Below the pieces are notes generated by a model. The model worked only from the letters and a program-made list of their open reading frames with translations. It was not told where the DNA came from and ran no database searches. Both the position numbers and the translations under genes were made by a program. Of a DNA stretch of 64,000 bases, positions 53,172 through 63,366 are shown one piece after another (the stretch's first letter is position 1; each line of letters opens with the position of its first letter). The stretch is from Herbidospora yilanensis (GTDB taxonomy: Bacteria > Actinomycetota > Actinomycetes > Streptosporangiales > Streptosporangiaceae). The stretch covers positions 264,984-328,983 of the forward strand of contig NZ_BBXE01000013.1 of NCBI RefSeq assembly GCF_001570565.1. Direction: 5' to 3'.

Positions 53172-54391
53172 CGCGTCACGTCGGCGAGCCGGGCCAGCAG
53201 GTGGCGGCGTTCCGGCTCGCTGCCGACCAGCTCCAGGGCCTCGCGGAACGCCCCCGCCGCCTCGGCCGGACGGCCCAGCCGGCGCAGCAGCTCGCCCCGG
53301 GCGGCCGGATAGACGTGCAGGCCGCGCAGCCGGGGCTCCCCCGCCAGGGCGTCGAGCAGGGCCAGGCCCGCCTCCGGGCCGTCGCGCATGGCGACGGCGA
53401 CCGCGCGGTTGAGGTCGACCACCGGCGACGGGGCCAGCGACCGGAGGACGTCATACAGGCTGACGATCTGGGGCCAGTCGGTGGGCTCCTCGTCGTGCAG
53501 GGCGGCGATGGCGGCCTGCACGCCGTAGGGGCCGGGCGGGCCGCCGGTCAGCGCGGTGACGACCAGGGGCTCGCCTTCGTCGATCATGGCGCGGTCCCAC
53601 CGGGAGCGGTCCTGGTCTTCGAGGAGGACCAGCCCGCCGTCGGGGCCGGTGCGGGCGGCGCGGCGGGCGTGGGTGAGCAGCATCAGCGCCAGCAGGCCGG
53701 TGGCCTCGCGTTCCCCCGGCAGAAGTCGGTGCAGGATGCGGGCCAGGCGCAGCGCCTCCTCGGCCAGGTCGTGGCGGACGAGGTCGGGGCCGGCGCTGGC
53801 GGCGTAGCCCTCGGTGAAGATCGAGTAGATCGCCTGGAGCACGCCGGGCAGGCGGGCCGGGAGCTCGTGGGGTTCCGGCACGCGGAAGGGGATCCGCGCC
53901 ACGCTGATCTTCTTCTTGGCCCTGACCAGGCGTTTGGCCATGGTCTCCACCGGCACCAGGTAGGCCCGCGCCACCTCGGCGGTGGTCAGGCCGGCCAGGT
54001 AGCGCAGCGTCAGCGCGCCCCGGTCGGCCTCGGGGAGAGCGGGGTGGGCGAAGGTGAAGAACAGGCGCAGCCGCTCGTCGGGCAGGGTGCCCTCGAAGAC
54101 CGGCGGCCCCGTCCGGTCCACCTCCACCTGGAGCAGGGCCAGCCGGGCGGCGTAGGTCCTGTCGCGGCGCAGCCGGTCGACGGCGCGGCGGCGGGCGGTG
54201 GTCATCAGCCAGGCCCCCGGGCTGGCCGGGACTCCGTCGGCGGGCCAGTGGACGAGGGCCGCCTCGATCGCCTCGGAGGTCACCTCTTCGGCCAGGTCGA
54301 GGTCGCCGAACCGCCGGACGAGCGCGGCCAGCAACCGGCCGCGCTCCTCGCGGAAGATCGCCTCGACCGACGCGTTGACGTCGCCGGTCAT
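53168..54391 (-). CDS. ECF-type RNA polymerase sigma factor with an extended C-terminal domain (the type usually linked to YCII genes)
   Basis: Sigma region 2 reads EEVTSEAIEAALVHWPADGVPASPGAWLMTTARRRAVDRLRR. Region 4 reads ALTLRYLAGLTTAEVARAYLVPVETMAKRLVRAKKK. Confidence 0.85.
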   Translation of the reverse strand: MTGDVNASVEAIFREERGRLLAALVRRFGDLDLAEEVTSEAIEAALVHWPADGVPASPGAWLMTTARRRAVDRLRRDRTYAARLALLQVEVDRTGPPVFEGTLPDERLRLFFTFAHPALPEADRGALTLRYLAGLTTAEVARAYLVPVETMAKRLVRAKKKISVARIPFRVPEPHELPARLPGVLQAIYSIFTEGYAASAGPDLVRHDLAEEALRLARILHRLLPGEREATGLLALMLLTHARRAARTGPDGGLVLLEDQDRSRWDRAMIDEGEPLVVTALTGGPPGPYGVQAAIAALHDEEPTDWPQIVSLYDVLRSLAPSPVVDLNRAVAVAMRDGPEAGLALLDALAGEPRLRGLHVYPAARGELLRRLGRPAEAAGAFREALELVGSEPERRHLLARLADVTR

Positions 54392-54396
54392 GGAGG

Positions 54397-54723
54397 TCAG
54401 GTGTACTCGATGATCGGCCGCACCACCATCGAGCCGCCGTGCCGGGCGCCGGGGCAGCGGGCCGCCCAGTCGGTGGCGGCGTCGAGGTCGGGCACGTCGA
54501 TGATGTAGTAGCCGCCGAGCACCTCACGGGCCTCGGCGTAGGGGCCGTCGGTGACGACCTTCTCGCCGTCGGCGGAGATGTGGACGGCGGTCGACAGGGA
54601 CGGCTCCCCCAGCGGGTTGCCGTCGACGTGGACGCCGGCGTCGCGCAGCGACTTGTCGTAGTCGCCCCACTCCTGCGGAGTGCAGGCGTCGCTCGCGCCG
54701 TGGATCAGCAACATGTACTTCAT
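54397..54723 (-). CDS. YCII-related domain protein
   Basis: MKYMLLIHGASDACTPQEW...VVTDGPYAEAREVLGGYYIIDV. Confidence 0.8.
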   Translation of the reverse strand: MKYMLLIHGASDACTPQEWGDYDKSLRDAGVHVDGNPLGEPSLSTAVHISADGEKVVTDGPYAEAREVLGGYYIIDVPDLDAATDWAARCPGARHGGSMVVRPIIEYT

Positions 54724-55043
54724 CAGAACTGCTCGCATTCCCGCAGCACGACCGCGCCGCCCTCCCACGAGCCGGGGCAGCGGGCCGCCCAGTCGAGGGC
54801 GGTCTCCCTGTCGGGGACGTCGAGGACGTAGTAGCCGCCGAGCACCTCCCGGCTCTCGGCGAACGGGCCGTCGGTCACGACCCGCTCGGCGCCGTCGACG
54901 CGGACGGTGGTGGCCTGGGCGATGTCGGTCAGGGACTCGCCGGAGACGTAGACGCCGGCTTCCTTGACCGACTTGTCGTAGTCCATCCAGGCCGCGAAGT
55001 CGCCCGCCGCGCCGCCGCTGTAGATCAAGAGCATGTATTTCAT
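54723..55043 (-). CDS. YCII-related domain protein
   Basis: MKYMLLIYSGGAAGDFAAW...VVTDGPFAESREVLGGYYVLDV. The stop and next start overlap by 1 nt (TGATG). Confidence 0.85.
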   Translation of the reverse strand: MKYMLLIYSGGAAGDFAAWMDYDKSVKEAGVYVSGESLTDIAQATTVRVDGAERVVTDGPFAESREVLGGYYVLDVPDRETALDWAARCPGSWEGGAVVLRECEQF

Positions 55044-55104
55044 CGAGCCGACGCTCCTTGGTTCTTGTGGTCTGACGGGATGACGACGAACGGGTCCTCT
55101 TCAG

Positions 55105-56364
55105 ATGGACACCGGAGCCGGGAAAATATTCCGCATGCTCATCGTGCACAACGCCGCCCTCCGCGGCCGCCCGGGCCGGTGGTCGCTGACCGCCGAGCGG
55201 GGCCGCATCACCTCGATCGGCCCCGATTCCGGCACGACCCCCGCCGCCCCCGCCCTCGACGCCGAGGGCAACCTGGTCACCGAGCCCTTCGTCGACGCCC
55301 ACCTCCACCTCTGCAAGGTCCACACGCTCGACCTGGCGGGCGGGGGGCCGCTGGCGGCGTACACGAAGGGGACCATGGGCGCGGCCATGGACGCCATCGA
55401 CGGCGCCTCGGCCGTGAAGGCCGGCCAGACCGAGGAGGCCGTCACCGAACGCGCCCGGTCGGCCCTGGTCGAGTCGGTCCGCCACGGGGTGCGGGCGGTG
55501 CAGGCCTTCGCCGACGTCGACCCGGTGGCCGGGCTGACCGGGGTGCGGGCCCTGCTGGCGCTGAAGGAGGAGTTCCGGGAGTTCGTGGACGTCAGGGTCG
55601 TCGCCTTCCCCCAGGACGGCCTGCTGAAGGCCCCCGGCACCGAGGAGCTCGTCGAGCGGGCGGTCGGCCTCGGCGCCGACGTGGTCGGCGGGATCCCGTG
55701 GATCGAGTTCACCGACGCCGACGCCGCCGAGCACGTGAGGCGCATGGTCGCGCTGGCGAAGCGCACCGGCAGGCGGGTCGCGATGCTCGTCGACGACGCG
55801 GGCGACCCCGGCCTGCGCACCACCGAGACCCTGGCCGCCGAGCTCCTCGCGCAGGACATGACCGGCCGGGCGAGCGCCCAGCACGCCCGCGCGATGGCCC
55901 TCTACCCCGAGCCCTACCTGCGCCGGCTGACCGGGCTGCTCGCCAAGGCGGGCCTCGGGCTGGTCAGCGACCCGCACACCGGCCCGCTCCACCTGCCGGT
56001 CCTCCCCCTGACCGACGCCGGGATCCCGGTCGCGCTGGGCCAGGACGACATCGAGGACGCCTACTACCCGTTCGGCCGCCACAACCTCCTGGAGGTCGCC
56101 TTCCTGGCCGCGCACCTCCTCGGCCCGGACCGCCTCGACGACCTGTACGACATGGTCACCACCACCGCCGCCCAGGTGATCGGCCGGGAGTCCGGCGGTT
56201 TGAAGGAGGGCGCCGCGGCCGACTTCGTCGTCCTCGACGGCACGACGATCAGGGAGGCGCTGACCCGCCACAACCCGCCCCGGCACGTCGTCGTGGGCGG
56301 CCGGGTGATCGCCTCGACGAAGTCCCGGACCCACTTTCCCGCGTTCCCCGGAAAATCGGCGTAA
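55105..56364 (+). CDS. Amidohydrolase-superfamily protein (cytosine-deaminase-like)
   Basis: The metal-binding motif is FVDAHLHLCK. The region ...VAFPQDG...GGIP is typical of the family. An alternative start is ATG 55135 (MLIVHNA). Confidence 0.75.
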   Translation: MDTGAGKIFRMLIVHNAALRGRPGRWSLTAERGRITSIGPDSGTTPAAPALDAEGNLVTEPFVDAHLHLCKVHTLDLAGGGPLAAYTKGTMGAAMDAIDGASAVKAGQTEEAVTERARSALVESVRHGVRAVQAFADVDPVAGLTGVRALLALKEEFREFVDVRVVAFPQDGLLKAPGTEELVERAVGLGADVVGGIPWIEFTDADAAEHVRRMVALAKRTGRRVAMLVDDAGDPGLRTTETLAAELLAQDMTGRASAQHARAMALYPEPYLRRLTGLLAKAGLGLVSDPHTGPLHLPVLPLTDAGIPVALGQDDIEDAYYPFGRHNLLEVAFLAAHLLGPDRLDDLYDMVTTTAAQVIGRESGGLKEGAAADFVVLDGTTIREALTRHNPPRHVVVGGRVIASTKSRTHFPAFPGKSA

Positions 56365-56447
56365 CCCCCTTTATGGTGAGGTCTCGGTGCGGAGTGACGC
56401 GTGTACGGACGGTCACCGCAAGAGACCTTTCCCCTGATGGAGGCCCC

Positions 56448-56825
56448 GTGCAGGCGGACGACCTGGCCGGGCTGGCGACCGACGAGCGGTTCCGCCTGCT
56501 CAAAACACGCTTCCGGCGACTGGCGCTGACGATCGTTGGAGCGTTCCTCGGCTGGTATTTCCTCTACATCGCCCTGTCGGCGTTCGCCCGCGACTTCATG
56601 GCCATGCCCGCGATCGGCAACGTCAACGTCGCGCTGCTGCTCGGGGTGCTCCAGTTCGTCTCGACGTTCGCGCTGGCCTGGCGCTACACCCGGTACGCCC
56701 GGCGGAAGCTCGACCCGCTGTCGGCCGAGCTGCGCGACGAGGCCGGTCAGCGCCAGGCCGAACGCGAACGGGAACGCCGCATCCTGGCCGAGCGCCACCG
56801 CATCGAGAACTGGACGCGCCGATGA
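56448..56825 (+). CDS. DUF485 membrane protein (YjcH-like partner of ActP)
   Basis: FRLLKTRFRRLALTIVGAFLGWYFLYIALSAF, with two TM segments. The GTG start is in frame with the tail of track ORF 55065..56825. An ATGA overlap links it to the next gene. Confidence 0.75.
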   Translation: MQADDLAGLATDERFRLLKTRFRRLALTIVGAFLGWYFLYIALSAFARDFMAMPAIGNVNVALLLGVLQFVSTFALAWRYTRYARRKLDPLSAELRDEAGQRQAERERERRILAERHRIENWTRR

Positions 56826-58468
56826 CCATCGGGCTGTTCGCCGTCTTCATCGTGATCACCCTCGGGGTGACGATCTGGGCCCGCGTCAACACCAGGGGCA
56901 CCGACGACTTCTACGCCGGCGGCCGGGCGTTCTCCGGCGCGCAGAACGGCCTGGCCCTCGCCGGCGACTACATGTCGGCGGCCTCGTTCCTGGGCATCGC
57001 CGGCATCATCGCGTTGTCGGGCTACGACGGGTTCCTCTACTCGATCGGCTTCCTGGTGGCGTGGCTGCTGACGCTGCTGCTGGTCGAGCTGATGCGCAAC
57101 GCCGGCCGGTTCACCATGGCCGACGTGTTGTCCTACCGGGTGGGCAGGCGGCCGATGGTGCGCACCGCCGCCGCCGTCTCGACGGTGACCGTGTCGGTGT
57201 TCTACCTGGTCGCGCAGATGGTCGGCGCGGGCGCGCTGGTCTCGCTGCTGCTCGGCATCCACCCGGGCGAGACGTTCATGGGCATCTCGCCGGAGGCCGC
57301 CCAGGTCATCACGATCCTGGTCGTCGGCATGATGATGATCTTCTACGTCAGCTACGGCGGCATGAAGGGCACCACCTGGGTGCAGATCATCAAGGCCGTG
57401 CTGCTGATGGCCGGGACCACCGCGCTGACCGTCCTGGTGCTCAGCAGGTTCGGCTTCAACCTGAGCGAGATGCTGGGCGCGGCCGACGCCCGCAGCGGCC
57501 GGCCCGGCGAGTTCCTCAACCCCGGCCAGCGCTACGCCAAGGACGCCGACGGCATCGTCGGCAAACTCGACTTCGCCAGCCTGGCGGTCGCGCTGGTGCT
57601 CGGCACCGCCGGGCTGCCGCACATCGTCGGCCGGTTCTTCACCGTCCCCGACGCACGCGCCGCCCGCACGTCGGTGAACTGGGCGATCGGCCTGGTCGGC
57701 GCCTTCTACCTGATGACCCTCGCGCTCGGATTCGGGGCGACCGCGCTGGTCGGCCAGGAGGCCATCACCGCCCAGGACCCGTCGGGCAACACGGCGGCGC
57801 TGCAACTCGCGCAGGCGGTCGGCGCGTCGGTGGCCGGCCCGGTCGGCGGCGAGATCCTGCTCGCCTTCATCGGCGCGGTGGCGTTCGCGACGATCCTCGC
57901 CGTGGTGTCCGGGCTGGTGCTGGCGTCGTCGACGTCGCTGGCCCACGACTTCTTCGGGCACGTGCTGATGTTCGGCAAGCCGAAGGAGTCGCAGGAGGTC
58001 GCGGTGGCCCGCTTCTCCGCGTTCGTCATCGGCGTGTTCGCGGTCTTCCTGGCCGTGCTGGTACGCGATATGAACGTGGCGTTCCTGGTCGCGCTGGCCT
58101 TCGCGATGGCCGCCTCGGCGAACCTGCCCGCGATCGTGTTGTCGTTGTTCTGGCGGCGCTTCAACTCGACCGGGGTGGTGTGCGGGATCTACGGCGGACT
58201 GCTGGGCTCGATCGCGCTCGTGGCGCTGTCACCGGTGGTGTCGGGCGGCCCGAGGTCGCTGCTGCCGCCGCCGGTCGACTTCCACGTGTTCCCGCTGGAG
58301 AACCCGGGTCTGGTGTCGATCCCGTTCGCGTTCCTGTGCGCGGTCGCCGGGACGCTGCTGAGCGGGGAGAAGTCGGATCCGGGCCGCTACTCGGAACTGT
58401 CGGTGCGCGCCCTCACCGGCGCCGGGGCCCACGGGCAGCCCGCGAAGAATGTCGGTGGTGCTCGTTAG
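56822..58468 (+). CDS. actP: Cation/acetate symporter (SSS family, ActP-like)
   Basis: TDDFYAGGRAFSGAQNGLALAGDYMSAASFLGIAG, with about 13-14 TM segments. It is paired with DUF485. Confidence 0.85.
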   Translation: MTIGLFAVFIVITLGVTIWARVNTRGTDDFYAGGRAFSGAQNGLALAGDYMSAASFLGIAGIIALSGYDGFLYSIGFLVAWLLTLLLVELMRNAGRFTMADVLSYRVGRRPMVRTAAAVSTVTVSVFYLVAQMVGAGALVSLLLGIHPGETFMGISPEAAQVITILVVGMMMIFYVSYGGMKGTTWVQIIKAVLLMAGTTALTVLVLSRFGFNLSEMLGAADARSGRPGEFLNPGQRYAKDADGIVGKLDFASLAVALVLGTAGLPHIVGRFFTVPDARAARTSVNWAIGLVGAFYLMTLALGFGATALVGQEAITAQDPSGNTAALQLAQAVGASVAGPVGGEILLAFIGAVAFATILAVVSGLVLASSTSLAHDFFGHVLMFGKPKESQEVAVARFSAFVIGVFAVFLAVLVRDMNVAFLVALAFAMAASANLPAIVLSLFWRRFNSTGVVCGIYGGLLGSIALVALSPVVSGGPRSLLPPPVDFHVFPLENPGLVSIPFAFLCAVAGTLLSGEKSDPGRYSELSVRALTGAGAHGQPAKNVGGAR

Positions 58469-58477
58469 CGTGGCCGC

Positions 58478-58984
58478 ATGGGCGTTCCCGGACGATTGAC
58501 CATGGCGGTCGACGCGCTCGATCTGAAGCCCGACGCGTGGGTGCTGGAGATCGGGTGTGGTCGTGGGGGCGCCGCGCGGCTGGTGCTGGAGAGGCTGACG
58601 ACCGGCCGTTATCTCGGCGTCGACCGGTCGGAGACCGCCATCAGGGCCGCGCGGGAGAAGGTGCCGGAGGGCGACTTCCGGTGTGCGGCGCTGGAGCGCC
58701 TGTCGGTCGAGGGCGAGTTCGACGTCATCTTCGCGGTCAACGTCAACCACTTCTGGGTGCGCGACCCGGCCGCCGAGATGGAGCGGCTGCTGGCTCTGCT
58801 GGCGCCGGGCGGCTCGCTCACGCTCGTCTACGAGACGCCCGGCGAGCGGTCGGCCGAGCTCGGCGGGCGATTGTCCGAGGTGTTCGCCCGCCACGGCCTC
58901 CGGCCCGAGGTGAGCGTGCTCGGGCCGAAGGTGTTCGCGGTGGCGGGTCAGTCGCCCAGGGCCTCCCAGACCTCCCACAGATGA
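58478..58984 (+). CDS. Class I SAM-dependent methyltransferase
   Basis: The SAM-binding motif is VLEIGCGRGGAA. Also FDVIFAVNVNHFW. Confidence 0.75.
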   Translation: MGVPGRLTMAVDALDLKPDAWVLEIGCGRGGAARLVLERLTTGRYLGVDRSETAIRAAREKVPEGDFRCAALERLSVEGEFDVIFAVNVNHFWVRDPAAEMERLLALLAPGGSLTLVYETPGERSAELGGRLSEVFARHGLRPEVSVLGPKVFAVAGQSPRASQTSHR

Positions 58985-59685
58985 CCGCTGACCGGCTGGT
59001 AGTAGACCTTCACCGTCACCGGGCCCGCGTGCCTGATGGCGTTGCGGAACGCCGTCGCGCTGCACGGCTTGGTGCCGATGCCGGCCTCCTCGTTGGGCAC
59101 GTTCGCGGTCCAGCCGTCGGAGCAGCTCTTCGTCACGCGGTTGAAACCGAGGTGGGTGTAGCGGAGCTTCACGGCGGCCCTGCCGGGGCGCTTGAACAAC
59201 ACCGTCCGGTCGTCGACGCGCTTCATCGAGCCGTAGGCGGTGACCGGGTTGGTCGGGACGGCGAGGAACTCGGCGACGGTGGTCAGCGACGGCGTGATGG
59301 TGATCTTCACCGGGGCGGGGCCGAGGCTGAGCACGAACTTGAGGTCGAGGGCGTCGCAGTCGGTGGTGCCCAGTCCCTTCTTGTCCTGCCTGATCCGGCC
59401 CTCGGTCTCCTTGAGGTCACATGCGGTGGTGATGCGGCGGAAGCGCACGCCGTCGGTGAAGATCCGGCGTTCCTTCGCGCCGGCGACGGTGGTCAGTTTG
59501 TAGCGGCGCACGCCGTGCTGCGTCACGAGCCTGGCCTTGGCGGGCGTGATGCGCAGGTGGTTGGAACCGTCCGCCCAGGCGTAGCCGTAGATGGTCTGTG
59601 TCTTCGCGGTGGCGGCGGCGGGTGTGGCCATGAGCGTGCTCGCGGCCAAGACGGTCACGGCGGCGGCGATCAGCGGGCGGGTCAT
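58948..59685 (-). CDS. Secreted hypothetical protein
   Basis: The signal peptide is MTRPLIAAAVTVLAASTLMATPAAATA. No family recognised. The convergent overlap with the methyltransferase gene is 37 nt. Confidence 0.6.
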   Translation of the reverse strand: MTRPLIAAAVTVLAASTLMATPAAATAKTQTIYGYAWADGSNHLRITPAKARLVTQHGVRRYKLTTVAGAKERRIFTDGVRFRRITTACDLKETEGRIRQDKKGLGTTDCDALDLKFVLSLGPAPVKITITPSLTTVAEFLAVPTNPVTAYGSMKRVDDRTVLFKRPGRAAVKLRYTHLGFNRVTKSCSDGWTANVPNEEAGIGTKPCSATAFRNAIRHAGPVTVKVYYQPVSGHLWEVWEALGD

Positions 59686-59842
59686 TCGGTTTCCCCCGGG
59701 GGTGGTCGGTTCGTGCTGAAAAACGTCTCTCGGGGAGTGGGACTCGCCGATGACGGTGAAAGTTCATGGCCCTCGACGGTCGTGACGCAACTGGAATCGC
59801 CCATGGGGGCGGGATGTTCTAGCAATTCGTGGAGGTAACGAG

Positions 59843-60652
59843 ATGTTCACACTGATGGCCGTGCACGCCCATCCCGACGACGAGGTGATGGGAACGGGCG
59901 GCACGTTCGCCCACTACGCCGCCCAGGGCGTGCGTACGGTGCTGGTGACGTGCACCAACGGAGAGCAGGGAGACGGGCCCGACGGGGTGAAACCGGGCCA
60001 GCCGGGCCACGACGACGAGGCGGTGGCGAAGGTCCGGCTGGCGGAGCTGCGCGAGTCGGCCGCCCATCTGGGCATCTCCGACGTGGAGCTGCTCGGCTAC
60101 CGCGACTCGGGCATGGACGGCTGGGACGGCAACGGCCACGAGCGCGCGTTCGCCAACGTCCCGGTCGACGAGGCGGCCGGGCGGCTGGCCGAGCTGATGC
60201 GGACCTACCGGCCGCAGGTGGTGCTGACCTACGACGAGAACGGCGGCTACGGCCACCCCGACCACATCCAGGCCCACCGGGTGGCGGCGCGGGCGGTCGA
60301 GCTGAGCGGCGTACCGGCGAAGTTCTACTACACCGCCACCCCGCGAAGCTGGATGAAGGACATGTACGACGGCATGGTCGCCGCCGGCATGGAGACCGAG
60401 GGCTGGGACGAGTACGAGAGCTGGACCACCCCCGACGAGAAGATCAGCGCGATCCTCGACACCTCGCCCTACGTCGAGCACAAGATCAAGGCGATCACCG
60501 CCCACGGCAGCCAGGGCGACAGCGCGTTCTTCCTGAGCCTGCCGCCCGACGTGCAGCGGAGCATGTTCTCGGGTGAGGCCTACACGCTGGTCAGGTCGAC
60601 GGTCCCGGCCGCCGAAGGGGTCGAGGACGACCTGTTCCGCGGGCTGCGTTAG
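59843..60652 (+). CDS. PIG-L family deacetylase/amidase (Mca/MshB-like)
   Basis: LMAVHAHPDDEVMG and TYDENGGYGHPDHIQAH. Confidence 0.85.
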   Translation: MFTLMAVHAHPDDEVMGTGGTFAHYAAQGVRTVLVTCTNGEQGDGPDGVKPGQPGHDDEAVAKVRLAELRESAAHLGISDVELLGYRDSGMDGWDGNGHERAFANVPVDEAAGRLAELMRTYRPQVVLTYDENGGYGHPDHIQAHRVAARAVELSGVPAKFYYTATPRSWMKDMYDGMVAAGMETEGWDEYESWTTPDEKISAILDTSPYVEHKIKAITAHGSQGDSAFFLSLPPDVQRSMFSGEAYTLVRSTVPAAEGVEDDLFRGLR

Positions 60653-61182
60653 GACGTGCGGCGGGCGCGCTCGGCGTCGACGTTGAGCGCCGCCCGCACC
60701 CCCGCCGGATCGGGCGCCACGCCGGTCCGGCGGATGGTCTCCGAGGTGATCTTCCCCGCCTGGAAGACCTTCGTGGCCTGCACGACCGTCTCCGAGCCGA
60801 AGTAGAAGGCGATGGCGACCGTCATGAACTGGCGCAGCGTGTCCCAGAACTCCTTGCGGTCGTCGAGCGGGCCGATGACGAACGCGTAGGTGTTCAGCAG
60901 CAGCCACGCCACGAACAGCGCGCCCGCGAGGGCCACCCGCATCTTCCTGACCGACGCGTAGAGGCCGAAGAACGCCACGATGCCGGTCAGCGTGACCGTC
61001 GCGCCGACGATCCACTGCTCGGTGAGCGTGGTCGGCACCGTGAGCAGGATCCACGACGTGGCGACCAGCGCGGTCAGCAGGAATCCGGTGAACACCAGGC
61101 CGCGTACCGAGACCTCCTCCGCGTCCCGCTTGTCGGTCAGGGAGAACATCGCGGGGCGCGGCGGCTGCACCGGCTCGGCCAT
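60649..61182 (-). CDS. Hypothetical membrane protein (4 TM)
   Basis: Track ORF with four clear hydrophobic segments and typical codon bias. Confidence 0.6.
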   Translation of the reverse strand: MAEPVQPPRPAMFSLTDKRDAEEVSVRGLVFTGFLLTALVATSWILLTVPTTLTEQWIVGATVTLTGIVAFFGLYASVRKMRVALAGALFVAWLLLNTYAFVIGPLDDRKEFWDTLRQFMTVAIAFYFGSETVVQATKVFQAGKITSETIRRTGVAPDPAGVRAALNVDAERARRTS

Positions 61183-61238
61183 ATGGAACGCTCCTGGGCG
61201 CGTCGATGATCAGGACAGCCCAGTGTCCGGTGAGCCGG

Positions 61239-63308
61239 TTAACCCGTGGTTACCACTTTGAATCGGCCGGGCAACCGATCGATCTCGGCGGCCCCGGCGG
61301 CGTCGACCGATACGGACACCGGCGTGCCGGCGACCACGAACCCGTCAGCGGTGACCGCGCCGAGGGGCGCGCCGGCCATCGGGCGCAGGTCGACCGTGCC
61401 GCCCGGCACGTCGGGGTAGAGGCCGACCGCCGCGTGGGCGATGACCACGGCGGCCGCCGCCGACCAGGCCTGCGGGCGGCAGGAGGCCGGGTAGGGCACC
61501 GGGCGGCCGACCGCGTCGCGGGCGTCGCCGGACAGCAGTTCGGGCAGCCGGTTCTCGAAAGGCTCGGCCGCGGCGAGCAGCCCCTCGGCGAGGACGGCGG
61601 CCTCGGCGCCGAAGCCGTCGCGGGCCAGGCCGGCGATGACGACGGCGGTGTCGTGGGGCCAGACCGAGCCGCAGTGGTAGGACAGCGGGCTGAAGCCCTT
61701 GTCGGCCGACGACATCGTGCGCAGGCCGAACCCGGCCGACATCTCGGGTGCGGCGAGGAAGGAGGCTACCCGGGCCGACTCCTCGTGGTTGAGGATGCCG
61801 GTCCCGAGCAGGTGGCCGATGTTGCTGGTCAGCGCATCGACCGGCCGCTTGTCGCGGTCGAGCGCGAGAGCGGGGTAGCCGCCCTCGACCCAGAACCGCT
61901 CGCGGAATCGGTGGGCCATCGCGGCGGCGTACGCGCGCCAGACGTCGGCGCCGGGGCGGCCGAAGGCGTCCAGGATCGCGGCGCCCTTGACGGCGGCCTC
62001 GTAGGCGTAACCCTGGACCTCGGCCAGGGCGATGGGCGGTTCGGCCAGGCTTCCGTCGTGGAACCTGACCGAGTCGCCGGAGTCCTTCCAGCCCTGGTTG
62101 GCCAGGCCGCGCCCGCTGGCGTCGATGTACTCCAGGAAGCCGTCGCCGTCGGGGTCGGCGTCGGTGGCCAGCCAGCTCAGGGCCGCCTCCATGGCCGGGA
62201 GCAGCGCCTCGACCTCCCCGTCGGGCAGGCCCCAGCGCCAGGCGTCGTGCAGCAGGCTGATCCACAGCGGGGTGGCGTCGATCGTGCCGTAGTAGGCGGC
62301 CGGGAGCCGCAGCCCGTTCACGGGCACCACGAACTCGCCCCTGCGGAGCTCGTGCATGATCTTGCCGGGGGCCTCGCCGGTCAGCGGGTCGTTCCTGACG
62401 CCCTGGCGGCGGGCCAGCACCCGCAGGGTGCCGCGCGCCAGCTCGGTGCCGAGCGGCAGCAGCATGCGGGCGGCCCACAGGCTGTCGCGGCCGAACACGG
62501 TCAGGAACCACGGCACGCCCGCCCCCAGGAAGGTGTCGGCGGGATGGCCGGTCTCGGTGAGGCGCAGGCCTTGGAGGTCGTCGAGACTCTGGGACAACAG
62601 ACGGCTCAGCCTTCTGTCCGTGACCGTCAAGGACGGACGCGTCCACTCGACCGGGCCCGGCGGCGCGGCCACGACGGCGGCCGGGTCGGTCACCATCACG
62701 CGCCAGCACAACGTCTTGGTCTCACCGGGTTCGAGGGTCACCTCCCAGCGCAGTTCACGCCCGTGCACCTCGGCCCCCTCGCCGGTCATCGCCACGGTGG
62801 TGCCGCCCGACGCCCAGGTCAGCTCGCCCGCGACCGGGGTCACCGGTTCGGCGACGTGGCCCGACTTGACGGTCTCGATGGCGGCCAGGTCGCAGTTCAC
62901 CCGCATCGCCACGGTCATGGCCACGGGCATGGTGGCGGTCGAGGCGATGGTGATCTCCTCGGCCATGCCGTACGCGCGGATCTCGCGCAGCCGGTCGACG
63001 CGGACCACCGGGTCGGGCTGCACGTCGCCGAGCCAGCGCGCCAGCGAGGTGAACCGGCTGCGGCCGGGGCCGGCGGCGGCGTGCGCGATCGGCTCGGCCT
63101 CCCGGCCGTCGATCAGCAAGACCGCCTCCGAGACCACCCGCCGGTCGGCGTGGAAGGTCCCCTGCACCCCGGCCGCCCGTATCTGGCCGTCGGCGCCGCT
63201 GAGCGCGCTCGTGGGCGCCATGACGGTGCTGACCAGGTCGTGCAGGAGCGGCTGCAGCCGGACGTCGGCGGCGGAGGGGGAGTCGGCAGGCACGCGGTGG
63301 TCCTTCAC
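61239..63308 (-). CDS. Glycogen-debranching-type amylo-alpha-1,6-glucosidase family protein
   Basis: The N-terminal beta-sandwich is followed by an (alpha/alpha)6 region: GVPWFLTVFGRDSLW...GKIMHELRRGE...GLANQGWKDSGDS...AEVQGYAY. Confidence 0.8.
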   Translation of the reverse strand: MKDHRVPADSPSAADVRLQPLLHDLVSTVMAPTSALSGADGQIRAAGVQGTFHADRRVVSEAVLLIDGREAEPIAHAAAGPGRSRFTSLARWLGDVQPDPVVRVDRLREIRAYGMAEEITIASTATMPVAMTVAMRVNCDLAAIETVKSGHVAEPVTPVAGELTWASGGTTVAMTGEGAEVHGRELRWEVTLEPGETKTLCWRVMVTDPAAVVAAPPGPVEWTRPSLTVTDRRLSRLLSQSLDDLQGLRLTETGHPADTFLGAGVPWFLTVFGRDSLWAARMLLPLGTELARGTLRVLARRQGVRNDPLTGEAPGKIMHELRRGEFVVPVNGLRLPAAYYGTIDATPLWISLLHDAWRWGLPDGEVEALLPAMEAALSWLATDADPDGDGFLEYIDASGRGLANQGWKDSGDSVRFHDGSLAEPPIALAEVQGYAYEAAVKGAAILDAFGRPGADVWRAYAAAMAHRFRERFWVEGGYPALALDRDKRPVDALTSNIGHLLGTGILNHEESARVASFLAAPEMSAGFGLRTMSSADKGFSPLSYHCGSVWPHDTAVVIAGLARDGFGAEAAVLAEGLLAAAEPFENRLPELLSGDARDAVGRPVPYPASCRPQAWSAAAAVVIAHAAVGLYPDVPGGTVDLRPMAGAPLGAVTADGFVVAGTPVSVSVDAAGAAEIDRLPGRFKVVTTG

Positions 63309-63366
63309 GAAGTTGTGTCTTGACAGATCAAGAGCAGGGGTGCAGATTGCGAAACAATTCTCTAAC

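Noticed and set aside
51390-59838. Very long ORFs 51390..53054 -, 51626..54508 +, 54397..56334 - (upstream part), 55065..56825 + (upstream part) and 56536..59838 +
   Set aside because: They cross several well-supported genes (hsp20, nadK, sigma, YCII, amidohydrolase, actP) in other frames. Only their terminal segments (YCII at 54397-54723, DUF485 at 56448-56825) look like real proteins.
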